Below, piece after piece: positions 63,372 to 64,000 of a DNA stretch of 64,000 nucleotides. Origin of the DNA: Pavona decussata (lineage: Eukaryota); assembly GCA_977016875.1 (NCBI GenBank), contig CDRNST010000273.1, forward strand, positions 3,100,001 to 3,164,000, read 5' to 3'. How positions within the stretch are numbered: the first letter of the stretch is position 1; every line of letters starts with the position of its first letter. The position numbers were made by a program, and so were the translations under genes. A model generated the notes under the pieces. That model saw only the letters and a program-made list of their open reading frames with translations, did no database searches and was not told the DNA's origin.

Positions 63372-64000
63372 ATGGAGTCTACCAATGAACTTTCCTTTAT
63401 GCGTGTAAACTTGGAAGATCAGGCTAGTCTAGAAGAAGTTTCAGAATTGTACTTCGAAGCGCGAGCAGACGACAACAGTCAAGAGGCTGATGACTCACCT
63501 TGGGACGATAGCAGTTCAGAGAGCGGCGAAGATGAACCTGCCGATGACGAAGCTGAGATATGCCCCGATCTCTTGGAGAGCGACGTATCAGAGAAAGCTA
63601 AAGTGAAAACATTCTGCGATAACACATGTAAATGCAAGTTAGGCGAGGATGACAAACCATGCAGCACAACCCTTTCCTTAGACGACTTTTGGGACAGTCG
63701 TAACAACTGCAACGAACTATCCTCGACAGAACTTGATTTGGTAATACTGGGAGCAATTCAAAGTTCACTGAATTGCAATGAAGTTAGCGTCTCTGGCAGA
63801 TCCGAAAAGCAACGCAAGGTTTCACGAATGGCTTTCTATTATCACGGAAAACGAATTTGTAAAAAGTAATTCCTGTTTTTACACTGCTTGAACAAAAACA
63901 GATTCTGTAGTCTTGTGAAACACTATAGAAAGAACGGACTGACTTTGCGTGAGCATGGAAACAAGAAGCGACTTCCGAGTAGTGCGTTTTCTGCTGAAAC
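63372..64000 (+). pseudogene. N-terminus of a Sola1-like transposase (runs off window; in-frame stop at 63867)
   Basis: Acidic N-terminus, CKC..PCS, ELDLVILG, GKRICKK*FLFLH..RF..LVKHY...GL..R.HGN.KRLP continues in frame past the stop. Possible left end near 62690. Confidence 0.55.

Overview
Eukaryotic, AT-rich, intron-containing DNA. The repeat families suggest a cnidarian, probably a stony coral; this is inference only. I see no intact ordinary host gene: the window is a nested pile-up of mostly decayed transposons. Retroelements are four or five DIRS/Ngaro tyrosine-recombinase remnants (one with an upstream SGNH hydrolase and a 66-bp array) and CRE-like non-LTR fragments. DNA transposons are three Kolobok-type remnants (two with a convergent P2X7-tail-like KolX gene), an ISL2EU element with a nested Sola3 element, Sola-like transposase relics, spliced RAG1/Transib-fold transposase relics, a Crypton-like hairpin element and many MITEs with readable TIRs and TSDs. 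Five observations stand out. (1) A young 1.9-kb composite element at 34247-36156: two 264-bp direct repeats, each with its own TIRs, enclosing the 3' end of what looks like a Rep/SF3-helicase gene; a lone repeat of the same design lies at 5311-5556. (2) A near-perfect hairpin with arms of about 100 bp whose loop is a tRNA-Thr-like Pol III unit (51178-51445). (3) A strong + strand bias of transposase/RT relics, suggestive of a uni-strand piRNA cluster. (4) A spliced RAG1-like DDE gene. (5) A MITE that appears to have copied 406 bp of neighbouring DNA. All family assignments come from motif recognition by eye, not from database searches.
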